From the NCBI GenBank assembly GCA_010356995.1, contig ML996691.1, positions 564,174 to 628,173 on the forward strand: 64,000 nt of DNA. Direction: 5' to 3'. This DNA is from Trichodelitschia bisporula (taxonomy: Eukaryota). The translations under genes were made by a program, and so were the position numbers. Below, in pieces: positions 23,903 through 37,583 of this stretch. The stretch's first letter is position 1; the number at the start of each line of letters is the position of its first letter. The notes under the pieces are model-generated. The model saw nothing but the letters and a program-made list of their open reading frames with translations, ran no database searches and was not told the DNA's origin.

Positions 23903-24756
23903 ATGGCGCCCAACATGTCACTCTTCTCGATCAACGCGATCCTCATCATCAGCACTGATGATTCGTCGCGAATCTTTGCGAAATACTACAACGCTCCTCA
24001 TGCCCCGCATGGCACGCCGGCCAATTCTACGAACTACCCGGGCGCAAACCCGTACCCTACATTGAAGGATCAGAAGGCGTTTGAGAAGGGGCTGCTGGAG
24101 AAGACCGCCAAGACTACAAATGACATTATCCTCTATGGTCAGTCTAGCGTCGTTATGTGGTTTGGGTCGCTGACAAGCTGTAGACAACCGTTAGTGCATG
24201 CTGATGTAGAATAATCACCGGCTGTTAACATACGCTAGGCATTGTGGTGTTCAAGATGGAGTCAGATGTCATGCTAGTACGTCAATTATGGGTTACGGGA
24301 GTCCTCAAGACTAACCTCCATTGCAGTACGTCGTTGGGGGAGCTGATGAGAATGAAATCTTGCTCTTCAATGCCATTCTAGCCCTCCGCGACTCTCTTAC
24401 CATTCTTCTCAAGTATGGTTTCTCGAACGCTAGCTGTTATCATAGCACTAAGCAATATCTAGGAACTCAGTGGACAAGCGGACAATTATCGAGTAAGTTA
24501 TGGTGTAGCGCGCATGTCAGTCGATACTCATGCTCCCAGGAACTACGACCTGGTATCCCTCGCTATCGACGAGCTTTGTGATGACGGTGTGCTGCTGGAG
24601 ACAGATCCTGTCACTATCGTCACGCGCGTGAGCAAACCACCGCCCCAGGACATCGGAATGCCAAAAGGTGGAATCGAGCTCTCCGAACAGGGTCTCCTCA
24701 ACTTCTGGGAGTTTGGAAAGGCCAAAGTTGCGGAATCTATTCGTAGAACACTCTGA
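23903..24756 (+). CDS. RET3: Coatomer subunit zeta
   Basis: Exons 23903-24137, 24184-24189 (6 nt), 24239-24276, 24327-24412, 24463-24492, 24540-24756. Motifs RIFAKYY, QKAFEKGLLEKT, ENEILL, VDKRTIIENYDLVSLAIDE. Confidence 0.93.
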
Positions 24757-25314
24757 GTTATTCCGCCGCGCATTGTGGCACTGCACGAAAGTAACGGCGG
24801 TGATGAGCTACAAGCACTGATTGTCGGCAAGGCGTTTCGAGATGGTATTTCAAGCGGGATCTCTTTCGGCGACGAGCTCTCTACATGTATGACTTGCTTC
24901 CACTGCGACGTATAGCATAAGCTATGTCAACAGCCAAAAGAGACAATCCAAGCTTCTGCTTACGACCGGATAAGATGTTGACTTCCTGGCTTGGCGCCCG
25001 TCAGCCCTATAGCAGGGTGCGGCGCTCATGACCATCAGAAGCGGGGCGATGGCCGACTCGCAATAGCTCGAAGACAATATTGAACACAGATAGATCTCTA
25101 GTGACATTTTCGCTAGTGTTTGTCCATGTATACAAGGTGTGATCGGTAGTCGTGGCTGTATTTCAGTATGGCAATACTCTCGCCATGCACTATGAAGGTA
25201 GCTCATGAATCATCCGAATTTTTCCCGGGCGTGCTTGCTACCCCGCCCCCACCATCAGTGCAGATGGAAGTGACGTTACGCGTTCCCTAAAAATACAGCA
25301 ACCCCACACTCACA

Positions 25315-28300
25315 ATGAAGCAGAGATTCTCTTCTCTCGATGTCAAGGTATGCTCTAACCGTACATCCAGAGCCTGCAAATATCTTCTAACAGCTCTAGG
25401 TCATTGCGCATGAGCTCAACGCGCAGCTTACCTCGCTACGGGTTAGCAATATCTACGACCTGTCTACAGTGCGTACCTTGCTGTACAACCCCTCACTTAA
25501 GACTGAACTAAAATGTGACCACTAGCGGATCTTCCTCTTCAAGTTCCAAAAGCCAGACCACAAAGAACAGCTCGTAGTCGAATCCGGGTTCCGATGCCAT
25601 CTTTCCAGCTTCGTCCGCACTGTTGCAGATGCGCCCTCAGCCTTCGTCACACGCTTGCGCAAGGCTCTCCGGACTCGGCGTGTCACCAAAGTTTCGCAAA
25701 TCGGCACGGACAGAATCATTGAGCTCGAGTTTTCCGAAGGGACATACCGGCTGTTTCTGGAGTTCTATGCCGCTGGAAACATTGTGCTCACGGATAATGA
25801 GTTGAACATCATTGCGCTCCTTCGGAACGTGGATGAAGGCTCTGAGCATGAACGGCTCAGAGTGGGACTTAAGTATAACCTTTCTATGCGGCAGAACTTT
25901 GCCGGTGTGCCGCCTCTTACCAAGGAGCGGATAAGGGACGGTATCCAAAAAGCCCTGGCCAGACAGCAAGGCACCGAGTCCACGGGAAAGAAGGCGAGGC
26001 AGAAGGGCAAGGACGCCCTACGGAAGTCGCTGGCCGTGTCTATCAATGAGTTCCCTCCCATGCTGATAGACCACGCTATGCACGCGGGTGGGTTCGATCC
26101 GACAACTCCACCGGAGAAGGTGTTGGAAAACACAGAGCTGTTGGACAAGCTTCTCGGCGCCCTGGAAGAAGCCCAAAAAGTTGTCTCGCATATCACGCAA
26201 GCCGATCTCGCCCAAGGGTATATATTTTGCAAAAGGCGCGAGGATGCGCCGGGAGATGCGAAGGACGATACTACTGAAAGCAAGTTGATATACGATGATT
26301 TCCATCCCTTCCTACCAAAACAGTACGCCGATAATCCCGACCTTACTACCTTGGCGTTCGAAGGATTCAACAAGACCGTCGATGAATTTTTTTCTTCCAT
26401 CGAAGGCCAGAAGCTAGAGTCGCGTCTCAATGAGCGCGAAGAGACGGCGCGAAAGCGGCTCGAGGCGGCGAGGCTTGAGCATCAAAAGAGGCTTGGTGGT
26501 CTGCAAGAAGTGCAAGCACTTAATATCCAGAAAGCCGAGGCTATTCAGGCCAATGTCGAAAGAGTCCAGGAAGCCACCGCGGCCGTCAACGGACTCATCG
26601 CTCAGGGAATGGACTGGGTGGACATCGGGCGTCTGATCGAGGTCGAGCAGAAACGCAACAACCCAGTGGCGCAGACCGTAAAGCTGCCCCTGAAGCTGTA
26701 CATCAATACCGTTACCTTGTGGCTCTCGAAGGCGGAGGTCATCGAGGATGATGATGCATCAGCTGCGCTGGAGTCCGAAACGGAGAGTGAGGACTCGGAT
26801 GTCGAAGAGCCTCCTGAGACGGTCTCGCAAAAGGGGAAGCAGAAATCTAAGGGAGCCCAGGAAACGCGTTTGGCCGTTGACATCGACCTCGCCCTGTCTC
26901 CTTGGGCTAACGCCAGTCAATACTATGATCAAAAGAAGAGTGCGGCTGAGAAGGAAGATAAGACGCTCAAAGCATCAACGAAAGCTCTCAAAAGCGTCGA
27001 ACAGAAGATCGTCACAGACCTGAAGAAGGGTCTGACGCAAGAGAAGGATGTTCTCCGTCCGGTACGCAAGCAATACTGGTTCGAGAAGTTCCACTACTTC
27101 ATTTCTTCAGATGGCTACCTTGTCATAGGCGGACGGGATGCACAGCAAAATGAGATCCTGTACCGCCGGTATCTCAAAAAGGGAGATGCCTACGTCCACG
27201 CTGATCTCTCCGGCGCATCATCTGTTATCATCAAGAACAACCCCTCTACCCCCGAAGCCCCGATCCCACCATCTACGCTCTCGCAGGCCGGGACCCTGTC
27301 CGTTGCTACGTCCAACGCCTGGGACTCGAAGGCCGTGATGTCAGCCTGGTGGGTGAACTCCGATCAAGTTTCCAAGACGGCACCGACCGGAGAATATCTG
27401 ACAACCGGCGGGTTTATGATTCGGGGCAAGAAGAACTTTCTTCCACCCGCTCAGCTGCTCCTCGGGTTTGCAATCATGTTCCAGGTTAGTGAGGAGAGCA
27501 AGCTTCAGCATAAAAGGCACAGAATCGATTATTCGGGCGCCAATGCTGGCGAAGATCGCAAAGCGCCGGTCGCGGCTCCCGATAACGAGGATGAGAGTAG
27601 CTCAGACGAATCCTTTCCGGATGCCGACCCCATGCGGTACGACTCAGACTCTGAGGGTGATGACGGAACATCGCACAAAGCCAATCCTTTGCAAAGTCTC
27701 ACGTCTGCCTCAGCTCCTCAAGGAAAGGACTCTAAGAAAGACGAGGAAGATGGACCTGAAAGCGACGAGGACAGCGACAAGGAAGAGGAGGAGGAAAAGG
27801 CAAAGGAAGGAGAAGAGGAAGCGAAGGCAGAAGAAGACGGAGACCAAGAGGAGGAAAACCTAGCAGAAGTAGAAGAGGAGAACGACGCCGAGGAACCCGT
27901 CTCGAAAACGCACCCAACAGGCAGCAAGCCCAGCCCACCCGATCAGCCCCCCTCCATCACTAGCACGCCCCAAGCAAAGAGTAAACCCCTCCCGCGCGGC
28001 AAGCGAGGCAAGCAAAAGAAAATCGCCGCCAAATATGGGTGGCAAGATGAGGAAGAGCGCGAGCAGGCACTTCAGCTCCTCGGCTCCAAGTCTGGGCAGG
28101 AGCGCGCCGCGGCTAAAGAAGTCGCAATGAAGGCAAAAAAGCAACAGGAGGAGGAAAGCAAGAAGCGTCGCCGCGAGCTGCATCTCAAGACGCAGACGGT
28201 TGGGCTGGCACTGGAACAGGCGCGCAAGGCGGCGCTTGAGGGCCCGTCTGCTTCTGCTACGGCTAATGCTGAAGACGAGCACACCGAGGCCGACGATGAA

Positions 28301-28732
28301 ACTACCCGACTTGAGCTCCTTGGCCTAGATGCGTTCGTAGGTACGCCGCTTCCGGGTGATGAGATCATCTGTGCGATTGCGGTCTGCGCGCCCTGGACCG
28401 CACTCAATAGCTTCAAGTATCGGGCGAAGATGCAGCCCGGGTCGACGAAGAAGGGCAAGGCAGTCAAAGAGATTCTCAGCCGGTGGCAGACGGATGCCAA
28501 AGATGCGAAACTTGTGGACTCTAAGAGCGAGGACCCAGACAAGATGTGGCCGAGGGAGGCAGAGCTGATTCGCGGGCTGAAGGATGTCGAAGTGTTCAAT
28601 GTTGTTCCAGTTAGGTCTGTTAGGGTTATGATGGCTGGAAAAAGTGGGAAGAGTGGCATGTCGATGAGTGTCAGTAAGGGGAAGGGGACAAAATCCGCTC
28701 GCGGTGGACGGGGTTCGAAGAAGAAGAAGTAG
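25315..28732 (+). CDS. RQC2: Ribosome quality control subunit Rqc2/NEMF (NFACT family)
   Basis: Exons 25315-25347, 25400-25468, 25526-28732. Motifs MKQRFSSLDVK, QIGTDRII, LEFYAAGNIVLTD, WFEKFHYFISSDGYLVIGGRDAQQNE, VSKTAPTGEYL, CAPW. Confidence 0.96.
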
Positions 28733-28850
28733 CTAGCGAAGTCTGCGATGTATCTCTATTGAAACCGATGCGCCGTATGCGCAGTACCCGTACTCCTATC
28801 AAGCTCCAATTCGTAGTCTACATCATCCAAGTACTTTTCAGACCCCACAA

Positions 28851-31800
28851 TCATGGCTCGACCTTAAACTTCATCTTGATGCCCATGGCCGCCAACTCAA
28901 CATCCAGGTACTTCAAGACGCCTGGCACCGCAACGACGGCAACGTTGTCGCCACCTACAAACCGCTCACCAGTGCCATCCTCCCATATGTCGCCCATGGG
29001 TTCCCAACCCAACGCCTTGGTCGCGCAACGCCTGCATCTCGCGTTACGCTGTTCCTGGCCAGACCTCTTCTTCCCAAAGCCCACCGGCAAAGGCAACGTA
29101 GCAAGGAAGCTGCCACACGACTTGCAGATCCACGCCTTGGTGTAGTCGCTGCAATTCATCAGACGATCCTGGAGCAAGAATGCTGTGCCATGCGCAATGA
29201 GTGCGTCTCTCTCCATCTCGCCGACACGAATACCACCACCCTTCTTACGACCCTTGATGGGCTGGCCCGTCAGCCTGTTGTTGTGGCCCGTGGTACGCAC
29301 TTGGTATTTGTCGTTCACCATGTGACGCAGACGCTGGTAGTAGACGAGGCCGATGTAGATATCGGCGGCCAGCTCCTCGCCGGTGATCCCAGAGTACATC
29401 GGTTCGTTCCCGTAGTAATTGTAGCCAGCTTTCTTGAGCTGGTGCCCGAAGTAGTCGACGGCAGTGTCCTTCTCATCGAATTTGAAGGGAGTGCTGTCTT
29501 GGGCCATACCATGCAGCGCGCCTGATTTGCCGGCTAATGACTCGACAAACATACCAATTGTCATACGGGACGGGAAAGCGTGCGGGTTGATGATGACATC
29601 CGGCTGCATGCCGGATTCCGTGAACGGCATGTCAATGGCGGGCCACTTTTGGGAACAGACACCCTTCTGACCATGGCGAGACGAGAACTTGTCACCGATG
29701 ACGGGAGCACGCGGGATGCGGAACTTGATGCTGATCGCCTGGAGCGGCATATTGCCATCCTCGGAACCAATCAACCTGACCTCCTCAACGTAGGCGACTT
29801 CCTCATCCTTGTACTTGTGGACATCAGTCTCGCCGTCCCGATTCACATACTGACCAGTCAACGGGTCCAGCGTCACCGTATGAGATACAGCAATTACGGT
29901 ATCCTTCTCAATACGCTGGCCGACCATGGGAAGTCCATCATCATCGACAGCCTTTTTCCATTCCGCTTTCGCTAGGCCCTTAGGAGCGAATCCAAACAGC
30001 TTTGTCACGTTTTTGGACGACCGGCCCCGGGTGGCCTCTGCAAGGTCGATCTTCATGGTCTTGTAGATAGTTCCATGTCCGAAACCACGCTCGTGAACGG
30101 ATTTGTTGATGATCATAGCGTCGTCCATATCATAGCCGGTGTATGATATGACCGCAACCACAACGTTCGTGCCTTGCGGGAAGTTGTCGAGGCCGTAGTC
30201 GTTGTATAGTGAAGACCGAACAATGGGGGTTTGACCGGTCTGAAGGCGGTATGACTTGTTGTCCGTGCGGTATCGGGTGGCCGTACCGGGAGTTCCCATC
30301 GTTTGCTTGCCCATCTGACACTGATACATATTTCTAGGAGACTGGTTGAAATCGGAAAAGGGTGTTTGATTGGCAACGATGGATAGGATGTGAGTCGGGT
30401 CAAACTCAACGTGGGTGGACTCGCCTGAAACGATTTCTGGCTCCGTTACCGAAATGGACATGAATGGCTGCTCGAAGGGTCCAACGTAATCCAGTTTACC
30501 CAGCGGCAGATACTTGACAGGGCGGTACATGCGGGCGGCTTGCGAGAACATGTACACTCCGGGGTATTGACCTCCGTTTGAATTCGGGATGTATCCGATT
30601 TCAAGCTCAAGAGGAACATCGTGGCCGCCTTCCACTTTCCAGTACCGGAGAGTATCATGGATCGTCAAGGCTTGCTTCGGGGTGCAGAATCCGAGAACGC
30701 GTCCATCTAATTGAACCGTCACGCTGTCTGAGACCATAGCGAGAGAGCTGCTCTTGACACCAAGCTGGGTGACAAGCTGCGGAATCTTTGTGACATCAAC
30801 GTTGTGGGTGGCGATTTTACATTGATGCGAGAGGTGGTTGAGCAGACCACAGGGACTGCCATCGGGAGTGTGAACTGGGCATAAGAAGCCCCAGCTCTCC
30901 GGTAAGAGTTTTCGAACGGTAGTAGTCTTCAGTTGAGCAAAGAAGCTACCTCGATGAACCATACGGAAGTGGCTGATGAACCGGAAGAAGTTAATTTTTT
31001 CGGCTACGACCGTGTAACCGGAGACTTGCTGAAGATCCAACCCGCTGGAGCTGACCAAGTTGCCCGTGGAAAGGAAGTATTCCAGTTTATTACCGATGTT
31101 CTCATTCGTACGGCGCATGATCTGGGTGATGAAATCCTTCTCGAATTGTGGGCTAGTGAACAGTGGCCAGTTATTCATTCTCCCCCATTCCAGAATTTGC
31201 ATGCGAATGGAATTGACCCAGTCTTCGAGATTTTCCTTGAGGATCATGCCGTAGAGGAACCCCCCGAGCAAGATCTCATGGTTCGAGACAGCATCAGGAT
31301 TGTCGACGGCACAATCGCCAGCTGCAAGCGCATACAGCTTTCTGATCATGAAGAGTAGCAACTTGAACTTGTCCAAGTCTTCATTAACAGAAACATTGTG
31401 GGATCCCAAATGCGGGAGCACAATTTTGCGAAGAAACTCCGTACCAGCATCCTCGTCGGACATGTTCTCGGGAGCTTGCAAGACCACCTTGAATCTCTGG
31501 CCGAGGTACCTGCGCGTGTTGGCTTTTCCGTGAAGATTGTAAGCTTTGTATGTGCGCAAAAGAACCTCTACGCGGTCGATGGCGAATTGCTTCTGATCGA
31601 GTCCTTTGGTGCCCGCCTGAGCAACTATGCCCTCGAAGATTTCCTTGTCGTTCGTCTGTGCGAGCGCTTTGAGAATCATGATTACTGGAACGAGATACTC
31701 ATTTTTCCTCCAGGAGAAGCGGAACATGACGTTACCGTCATTCAAGTAGTGTAAGACATTGGTTTGGGAGGTCTGATCTGGTCGCACAGATCGTATCTGT

Positions 31801-32584
31801 ATGCCGAACTTCGTGTATGTGTTCCCGCGGTTCACAAAAGATGGCCGAATGATGGCCATGGGAAAGTTCCGCCGACCCACGACCAGCATGCGAATGAGCT
31901 TCTCGTTACCGTTCATGATGAAGTAACCGCCCAACTCTTCAGATTCTTCTTTGTGTAAAACGAGCTCCGCGGGTGACATGTTCTGCAGGTGACAGCGATT
32001 CGACTGTGGAAAACCAAAAGTTAACATGTGAGGAGCGATAGGAGTTGCTCGAAGATACGCACCCTGAGCATGATCGGCATTTGTCCGATTTCTCTTGGAG
32101 CCTCCTTCCAGGGGCCATTGTTGACCTTGTACTCCAGACGAGCCGTGAGCTTTCCTCGGTAGGACGAATGGCGCTCGCGACATTCTGAAGGCAGAATCTC
32201 TCGGTGCCGGACGTTGAACTTGTTGCTCGGCGGGATCTGCGGCTTCTGCAGAATGACCTCCCGTATCCGGACGCTCAGAGCATTTCTTTGCGGAGCATCT
32301 GCCGGATCCGCACGTGGATCGCCGTCTAAGAACACCTTTGTGCCGATATCCTTAAGGCCCTTTTCCAAGAGACCATTCGGCTCAAATATAGCGTTGAAGG
32401 AGTGAACGTGGGGCTCGATTGCGGCGGCGAGCATAGGGTAGGCTGTATGGTCGGTGGGGGGGTTGGAGAAGAGCTTTTGTCGCCGGACGGTGTTGAATCC
32501 AGTCGACCATTGGGTATCTGTGCCTGTTTTTGTGGTCATCTTCGTGGCAGTCTTCGTGCTCATCCTCGCGGGAGGAGGCGCCAT
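28851..32584 (-). CDS. RPA135: RNA polymerase I second-largest subunit
   Basis: Exons 32584-32063 and 32003-28851. Motifs CPVHTPDGSPCGL, SYTGYDMDDAM, GDKFSSRHGQKG, YQRLRHMVNDK, GEMERD and a C-terminal Zn ribbon. Confidence 0.97.
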
Positions 32585-33590
32585 GGTGGTGGCTATCGCG
32601 TTGGAACCGATGCGGAGAGAAGGCCAAAGGCAATGCGCTTAGGTGGCGCTCGTGAGGAATTACTGCAGAATGAGTCTGCGCGTAAACATGTGCCAACGGT
32701 TACAAAGCCAGCGCAGGGCACGGAGATTGCAAACTAGAGAGGCGGAGAGACGGTGAAGTTGGTGAAACTGCAAGGCTTGAACCTCAGAAAATTTAGGTCT
32801 CTTCTCAAAGAGGGAAAGCGTGGAAGCGCCTGGGCCTGTGATGGTGGCTAGTTCTAATCGATAAGAGAGTGATGAACCAGGCCTGGGCAACCCACCCGCC
32901 CACCTGCGCCAGTTGCAACCCCATGCCCACGGTCCACCTTGGCCCAGGCGGGCGTCAAGCCGTCAACCATCATCCATCCATCCATCTCATTCCCCAAAAT
33001 CCACCACAACGTCCCTCCCCCAAACCCCGCAACTTCTAGGCAAGCTTCCCAGTCCAAGATACCCTACAGCTCTTTACAGTATCACACCCTACCACCCCAA
33101 GCAAAATAGCCTCTGCGACTAGCTCGGCGCCGTACTCCACACCGCGCATGGTCCATCTCCTCCGATCCCACCTGCAACTGCTCATCAAGCCATCTACAAC
33201 CCCCCTCCCCCCACCCATGCAGCATCGCTGAACCTCTTTGTCTCTCACGTCCGACAGCTGCCCATTTGAACATAACATCCCGCAGAGTACAAATCTCAGA
33301 GGCTGATGTACTGTCCCCAACCGCCTGTCCGCCTTTCATCAAGCTCTTCTCCGTAAAAGGATCCAGCACGACTTATCCCGCTCGTGATAGGTGCCTTGTC
33401 GCTTAATCTGCTGGCCTTCCAAGGTTGGTCCATCAAACCGCAAGCTTCAGCAGCCTTCTTTTCTTTTTCCCCCGTTGCGGCTGGGCGTCTTGCGCACGTT
33501 TCTGTCATCATTTTTTTTGGGGCCGACCTCCAATCCAACAAACCAAACTCTTCACCATCTGCACCTGTATCATTCTCGCCAGTCAACATC

Positions 33591-34785
33591 ATGGCAGGAG
33601 TGTTCCGACGCATTTATGATTGGCTGCTCCGTCTCTTCTGGTAAGTAGAGCTTCTCCGCAGCCCTACCCTTCGTGCAGTCGTTCGTTGCCTTGCGCGGCG
33701 CGATGTGGGCCTTATCGGCGCCCTACGAGATACGGCGACTGTGTTAGACTCGTCCGATGCGGTGTTGTTTTTGCTGACGATTATGCTTTGCGTGCATCAG
33801 GGCGACCGAGATGGACATCACGATGATCGGTCTGCAGAATGCCGGGAAGACGTCGTTACTGCGAGTTCTGGCGGTGAGTGCCACCTAATTTGAGCTTTGA
33901 CCTGTGCCACAACCTTCAATATCGTCAATGTCTTCTGACCATTTGACCAGGGCGGCGAATTTACCATCGAGTACGTACTGGGGCCCCAACCATTGCAGCC
34001 TCCAGTCCATCGGTTAATGACGCTTCATTTTCCGGCTTTCATGGTTTGTGAGACGTTGCCTGGCTGACAATATCGCGTTTTGTGTAGCTCGATACCGACG
34101 GTGGGGTTCAACATGAAGCGGGTTCAGAAAGGACATGTAACGTTGAAGTGGTGAGTTGCTTTCTCAGTGAAATTATGTCTCGGCCCTGTGCAGGATGAAG
34201 GACCAATATGCGCCATGTCTCAAAGCTGCTTACGAGCCGACCTGGATGTGTCGTTGTCGGAAATGGATCAGAACATCCTCATCAAGCTGTTCCGGAGGTT
34301 GTTGTGCTCTCCGCAATGGAGCGGGAATGCCCAGCGGTGGCCTGTGTGTGCAGAATTTCGGCATGCTAACCGAATCTTTCTGAATGCAGCTGGGATCTCG
34401 GAGGACAGCCAAGGTTCAGGTCCATGTGGGAGCGGTATTCCCGTGGAGTGAACGCCATCGTGTGAGGATGCCCGGTAGACCGATCAGGAGCAGACTGACA
34501 ATGTGGGACAGCTACATCGTGGACTCGGCGGATAAAGAAGCGCTTCCGGTGGCGCGTGAGGAGCTGCAGATCCTGCTCGAAAAGCCGGCACTGGATGGCA
34601 TCCCTCTACTTGTCCTCGGCAACAAGTCCGATCTTCCCGACAAGCTCTCCGTCGATGAGCTCATTGAGGCGCTGGACTTGAAATCCATCTCGCACCGCGA
34701 AGTGAGCTGCTATGGGATCAGCGCCAAGGAGGAAACGAACTTGGACGCAGTGTTGCAGTGGCTCATTGCGCGAGCGAGCAGATGA
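33591..34785 (+). CDS. ARL8: Arf-like GTPase Arl8
   Basis: Exons 33591-33640, 33801-33873, 33951-33970, 34088-34150, 34390-~34461, 34512-34785. Motifs [47 protein letters not shown]. Amphipathic N-terminus without Gly2. Confidence 0.93.
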
Positions 34786-35262
34786 TGCGCGTTGCGGTAT
34801 GCTGCGCGTCCGTCCCTTTGCTTGTTGCCATGCTGAGGGATAAGGTCCATGGGTGTCGATGCAGATTTTCGAAGGCCTTGACGATGCTCGGCGAATGGCG
34901 AACCTCTATTATTGTCAGTTTAAAAGCTATACCTAACGAGTCATGAGACAGAAGAGAGCAGCGACGGCCAGCGATGGCCATATCTTCTTGCCGGTTTTCT
35001 AGTTCAAGAGCGCGACACCCGGGGCCGTTCGCTTTTTCCCCCGGCTTCTTTCTACTTGGTTCATGCCAGAGTTGGCTTGGGACAGCGCGCGATTAGTGGG
35101 ATTTGACGATTGAATTCCGAACTCGCTGGCATTCCCCAGGTGATGGAGCAAAGGCCTTTTCTGGTGATTGCATGATTTGCGGCGAGAGGACGTTGGAGTA
35201 ATCATATGGCGCCCTTTGGTGGCATTGAAGCGATTTTTTGGTATGGATACTCGGCTGCATTG

Positions 35263-35690
35263 GAACTATTCGCGGTGGAATTGTCAGTTTACTCGTTGCT
35301 GGATGGGACGGCCAGCAGGAAAGCGTCGCCAGGTAGTTCTCGGAAATTTAGGTGGTCTTCTTCTTGCAACCTCGCTCCGAGTGCCTTGGAGGAAAGCTCC
35401 AGACAAATATTGCGAAAGCAATTGACGAGCGGGAGTTGAGGGAGCTTGCAGCATTTTGTCCATGAAACCGCCGTCCAGAGTGTCGATGGACGCCAAGTGC
35501 CGGCTGCCAACTCATCATGCATATGCCCCCTGTCAAGACGAGTGGTGTGTCTGGTCTGGCCTTGGTTCCATCCAGACAGCACAGCAGCACATGATAAATG
35601 GCCCCGAAACGCAGGAACGAGCTGGCTTCATCTCGGTGTGCGCTTTTCATTGAGGCTTTGAGCTTTCATACGGATATGTAATTGGAGTAG
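35263..35690 (+). ncRNA. Candidate structured ncRNA of unknown family (partial RNase P/MRP-like motifs)
   Basis: Consecutive nested helices with G-U pairs that work on the + strand, a GAAA tetraloop (35409-35422), a GAAAG pentaloop (35387-35401), and no credible ORF. Boundaries are approximate. Confidence 0.4.
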
Positions 35691-36242
35691 CTCGCGACTT
35701 GTTGTCCAAACAGCGTCGAAACTGGTCTGCAGCGTGGGGCGACAAGGCAAATACGGATGTACTCCGTGCTGCGTACTGTCTCGAGCCACACAGTTCATCT
35801 CAGTTGAATTGCCATATAGCTTCTGTTTGATGCCGTTGTGCTTGGAATGTGAGCTTCATAGTATCCTTGAATGCTCTCCGCCGTTGTTGTTGAAACCCCA
35901 CAAGTTGCCAGTGTCTAAAAATGGCTTTTAGGCAAGATGAAAATGTTGTGGCGATAAGTAGTGGCAAAACTTAGGTGGGTTGCACTGCAATGACTTTCGA
36001 ACTCCGCTCATGACCTGCTCCACAGTCTCACGTGCGAGTTTCGGATGACGAAACGGATGCCTGCGCCAGCGCTCCTCCCCAGCCTCCCACGCCTCCCTCC
36101 TCAACACGAGCTCGTCATCCACACACGCCGGAGCTTCCAGTTTCCATCGTCATCGTTCCACTCAAATCACCGTCTCCATCTCCAAAGTCCCACTTTCTCA
36201 TCATACCATCTCTCTCAGCTCCCTCGTTGAGCTTCCAATAGT

Positions 36243-37583
<1,341 letters not shown>

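Noticed and set aside
28730..28762. Stop-codon readthrough of RQC2 (TAG CTAG context)
   Set aside because: The established motif is UGA-CUA(G), and the extension LAKSAMYLY carries no PTS1 or other recognisable signal.
34214..34226. TGTCTCAAAG match to the 18S rRNA 5' region inside an ARL8 intron
   Set aside because: Only 10 nt and in the sense orientation, so it cannot act as a snoRNA guide.
36040..36060. Hammerhead-like GATGA-CGAAA
   Set aside because: Lacks CUGANGA and stem II.
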